Shown piece after piece: positions 59,301 to 64,000 of a stretch of DNA of 64,000 nt. The stretch lies in NCBI GenBank assembly GCA_951406725.2, contig OX597840.1, positions 22,506,001 through 22,570,000 of the forward strand. Reading direction: 5' to 3'. Source of the stretch: Octopus vulgaris. Its lineage: Eukaryota. How positions within the stretch are numbered: position 1 is the stretch's first letter; each line of letters starts with the position of its first letter. Under the pieces are notes generated by a model that ran no database searches, was not told the origin of the DNA, and saw only the letters and a program-made list of their open reading frames with translations. A program made the position numbers and the translations under genes.

Positions 59301-62300
59301 TAATTCGTGGGTGGGTAATTCAGAGGAATGTAATTCGGGGGAAGGTAATTCAGGCGTAATTCAGGGACAGGTAATTTAGAGGAATGTCATTCATGGGCAG
59401 GTAATCCAGGGGCATGTAATTCAGGGGCAGGTAATCGAGGTGCATGTAATTCAGGGGCATGTCATTCACGGGCATGTAATTCAGGGGCTGGTAATTTAGG
59501 GATAGATAATTCAGAGGCATGAAATTCAGGGGCAGGTCATTCAGGTGCATGTAATTAAGAGGCAGGTAATTCAGGTGCTTGTAATTCAGGGGCACGTAAT
59601 TCAGATGCATGTAATTTAGGGGCAGGTACTTCAGGGGAAGGTAATTTAGGGGCATTTAATTCATGGGCAGGTAATTGAGGGGCATGTAATTTAGGGCCAG
59701 GTAGTTCACGGGCAGGTAATTGAGGGGCATATCATTCAGGGGCAGGTAATTCACGGGCATGTAATTTAGGGGCAGGTAATTCACGGGCATGTAATTTAGG
59801 GGCAGGTAATTCACGGGCAGGTAATTCACGGGCATGTAAATTCAGGGTATGTAATTCAGGGGCAGGTAATTCACGTGCAGGTTATTCAGGGACTCAGGGG
59901 TAGATACTTGAGGGGCATGTAATTCTGGGGCAGGTAATTCAGGGGCATGTAATTCAGGGGCATTTAATTCAGGTGCATGTAATTCATGGGCAGGTAATTC
60001 AGGGGCATGTAATTCAGGGGCATGTCATTCAGGGGCATGTCATTCAGGGAAGGTAATTCAGGGGCAGGTAATTCAGGGTTAGGTAATTCAGCGGCATGTA
60101 ATTCAGGTGTCTGTAATTCAGGGGCATGTAATTCGTGGGTGGGTAATTCAGAGGAATGTAATTCAGGAGCATGTAATTCAGGGGAAGGTAATCCAGGGGC
60201 AGGTAATTCAGGGGTAATTCTGGGACAGGTAACTTAGAGGAATGTCATTCACCTGCAGGTAATTTAGGGGCAGGTAATCCAGGGGCATGTAATTCAGAGG
60301 AAAGGTAATTCAGGGGCATGTCATTCACGGGCAGGTAATTCAGGGGCTGGTAATTTAGGGATAGATAATTCAGAGGCATGTCATTCAGGGGCAGGTCATT
60401 CAGGGTCATGTAATTTAGGGGCAGGTACTTCAGGGGCAGGTAATTCATGGGCAGGTAATTGAGGGGCAGGTAATTCAGGTGTATGTAATTCAGGTGCAGG
60501 TTATTCAGGGACTCAGGGGTAGATAATTCAGGGGAGTGTAATTCAGGTGTATGTAATTCAGGGGTATGTAATTCAGGTGCATGTAATTCATGGGCAGGTA
60601 ATTCAGGGGCAGGTAATTCAGGGGCATGTCATTCAGGGGCATGTCATTCAGGGGCATGTCATTCAGGGAAGGTAATTCAGGGCTAGGTAATTCAGGGGCA
60701 TGTAATTCAGGTGTATGTAATTCAGGGGCATGTCATTCACGGGTGGGTATTTTAGGGATAGGTAATTCAGGGGCACATCATTCAGAGTCAGATCATTCAT
60801 GTGCATGTAATTAAGAGTCATGTAATTTAGGGGCAGGTAATTCAGGGGAAGGTAATTCAGGGGTAATTCAGGGACAGGTAATTTAGAGGAATGTCATTCA
60901 TGGGCAGGTAATTCAGGGGCTTGTAATTCTGGGTTAGGTAATCCAGGGGCATGTAATTCAGGAGCATGTAATTCAGGGGCAGGTAATCTAGGTGCCGGTA
61001 ATTCAGGGGTATGTCAATCACGGGCAGGTAATTTAGGGATAGATAATTCAGGGGCAGGTCATTTAGGTGCATGTAATTGAGGGGCAAGGTAATTGAAGGC
61101 CATGTAATTCAGGGGCAGGTAAATCAGGGGCATGTAATTCTGGGGAAGGTAATTCAGGTGTATGTTATTCAGGGGCAGTTAATCCAGGGGTATGTCATTC
61201 ACTGGCAGGTAATTCAGGGGCAGGTAATTTAGGGATAGATAATTCAGGGGCATATCATTCAGGGTCAGATCATTCATGTGCATGTAATTAAGAGGCATGT
61301 AATTGAGGGGCAGGTAATTCAGGTGTTTGTAATTCAGGGGCAGGTAATTCAGATGCATGTAATTTAGAGGCAGGTAATTCAGGGGTATGTAATTCAGGGG
61401 CAGGTAATTTAGAGGTATGTCATTCATTGGCAGATAATTCAGGGACATGTAATTAAGGGGCAGGTAGTTCAGGGGCATGTAATTCATGGGCAGGTAATTG
61501 AGGGGCATGTCATTCAGGGGCATGTATTTTAGGGGCAGGTAATTCACGGGCAGGTAATTCACGGGCATGTAATTCAGGTGTATGTAATTCATGGGTAGGT
61601 AATTGAGGGGCATGTAATTTAGGGGCAGGTAATTCACGGGCATGTAATTCAGGGACTCAGGGGCTGATAATTCAGGTGTATGTAATTCAGGGGCATTTAA
61701 TTCAGGTGCACTTCATTCAGGGGCAGGTAATTCAGGGGCATGTAATTCGGGCATGTAATTCATGTGCGGGTAATTGAGGGGAAGGTAATCCAGGGGCAGG
61801 TAATTCAGGAGCAGGTGATTTAGAGGAATGTCATTCATTGGCAGGTAATTCAGGGGCAGGTAATTCAGAGGAAGGTAATTCAGGGGTAATTTAAGGACAG
61901 GTAATTTATAGGAATGTCATTCATGGGCAGGTAATTCAGGAGCTTGTAATTCAGGGTTAGGTAATCCAGGGGCAGGTAATTCAGGGGCATGTAATTCAGA
62001 TGAAATGTAATTCAGGGGCAGGTAATGTAGGTGCAGGTATTTCAGGGGTATGTCATTCACGGGCAGGTAATTCAGGGGCAGCTAATTTAGGGATAGATAA
62101 TTCAGAGACATGTCATTCAAGGGCAGGTCATTCAGGTGCATGTAATTAAGAGACATGTAATTGAGGGGCAGGTAATTCAGGGCATGTAATTCAGGTGTTT
62201 GTAATTCAGGGGCAGGTCATTCAGATGCATGTAATTTAGTGGCAGGTAATTCAGGGGCAGGTACTTCAGGGTTAAGTAATTAAGGGGCATGTCATTCAGG

Positions 62301-64000
62301 TTTATGTAATTCAGGTGCAGGTAATTCAGGGGCATGTAATTCAGGGGCATGGAAATGAGGTGCAGGTAATTGAGGGGCATGTAATTCAGATGTGTGTAAT
62401 TCAGGGGAAGGTAATTCAGGGGCATGTAATTCAAGGGCATGTAATTCGTTGGTGGGTAATTCAGAGCAATGTATTTCAGGGGCATGTAATTCAGGTGCAT
62501 GTAATTCAGGGGCATGTAATTGAGGTGCAGGTAATTGAGGGGCATGTAATTCAGGTGTATGTAATTCAGGGGTAGGTAATTCAGGGGCATGTAATTCGTT
62601 GGTGGGTAATTCAGAGCAATATATTTCAGGGGAAGGTAATTTAGGGGTAATTCAGGGACAGGTAATTTAGAGGAATGTCATTCATGGGCAGGTAATTTAG
62701 GGGCAGGTAATCGAGGGGCATGTAATTCAGGGGCATGTAATTCAGATGAAAGGTGATTCAGGGGCATGTAATTCAGATGAAAGGTGATTCAGGGGCAGGT
62801 AATCTAGGTGCAGGTAATTCAGAGGCATGTCATTCACGGGTAGGTAATTCAGGGGCCGGTAATTTAGGGATAGATAATTCAGAGGCATGTCATTCAGGGC
62901 AGGTCATTCAGGTGCATGTAAATAAGAGGCAGGTAATTCAGGGCCATGTATTTCAGGTGTTTGTAATTCAGGGGCAGGTAATTCAGATGCATGTAATTTA
63001 GGGGCAGGTACTTCAGGGGTATATAATTCAGGGGCAGGTAATTGAGGGGAAGTTAATTCAGGTGTATGTTATTCAGGGGCAGGTAATTCATGGCCAGGTA
63101 ATTGAGGGGCATGTAATTTAGGGGCAGTAATTCACGGGCAAGTAATTCACGGGCATGTAATTCAGGTGTATGTAATTCATGGGCAGGTAATTGAGGGGCA
63201 TGTCATTCAGGGGCACGTAATTCAGGCGCATGTAATTTTGGGGCAGGTAATTCACGGGCATGTAATTCAGGTGTATGTAATTCAGGGGCAGGTAATTCAG
63301 GTGCAGGTTATTCAGGGACTCAGGGGTAGATAATTCAGGGGCATGTAATTCAGGGTCAGGTAATTCAGGGACAGGTAATTCAGGGGCATGTAATTCATGG
63401 GCAGGTTATTCAGGGGCATGTAATTTAGGGGCAGGTAATTTAGAGGAATATTGGCAGATAATTCAAGGACATGTAATTAAGGGGCAGGTAGTTCAGGGGC
63501 ATGTAATTCATGGGCAGGTAATTTAGGGGCATGTAATTCATGGGAAGGTAATTGAGGCGAAGGTAATCCAGGGGCAGGTAGTTCAGGTGCAGGTGATTTA
63601 GAGGAATGTCATTCATTGGCAGGTAATTCAGGGGCAGGTAATTTAGAGTGTAATTCAGGGGAAGGTAATCCAGGGGCAGGTAATTCAGGGGTAATTCACG
63701 GAAAGGTAATTTATAGGGATGTTATTCATGGGCAGGTGATTGAGGGGCAGGTAGTTCAGGGGCAGGTAATTCAGAGGAGTGTAATTCAGGGGAAGGTAAT
63801 TCAGGGGTAATTCAGGGACAGGTAATTTATAGGAATGTCATTCATGGGCAGGTGATTGAGGGGCATGTCATTCAGGGACAGGTAATTCAGGGGCCCATAA
63901 TTTAGGGGCAGGTAATTCAAAGGCATGTAATTCAGGTGTATGTAATTCAGGGGCAGGTAATTCAGATGCAGGTTATTCAGGGACATGTGACTCAGGGGCA
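53318..64000. repeat. 15-bp satellite GTAATTCAGGGGCA(T/G), >10.6 kb, continuing past the window end
   Basis: Uninterrupted divergent 15-mer array with occasional 10- and 14-bp units. Confidence 0.97.

Noticed and set aside
53364-63986. LNY(M/L)P or VIQG(Q/H) pentapeptide-repeat ORFs resembling a structural protein
   Set aside because: Product of a 15-bp satellite. Frames are broken repeatedly by 10- and 14-bp units and stops, with no signal peptide or splice structure.

Overview
AT-rich, microsatellite-laden eukaryotic DNA. The SINE, RTE and CR1 repertoire looks like that of an octopod cephalopod (inference). The window is almost entirely repeats: decayed RTE and CR1-type LINEs, Penelope, Tc1 and Gypsy remnants, many tRNA-derived SINE copies, local segmental duplications (21.5-28 kb and 38-52 kb), a 34-bp minisatellite and a >10-kb 15-bp satellite running off the right end. 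There are a few candidate host exons, including one clear transmembrane exon at 3420-3556, but no complete protein-coding gene. The standout is a 1.6-kb insertion at 8542-10134 made of 3.25 near-identical 492-bp monomers. Each full monomer carries an intact type I hammerhead ribozyme and several G.U-rich hairpins. The insertion is bounded by a 13-bp target-site duplication, and paralogous empty sites occur elsewhere in this window. This is the architecture of a retrozyme (ribozyme-processed, circular-RNA retroelement). All calls were made by eye, so boundaries of decayed elements are approximate.
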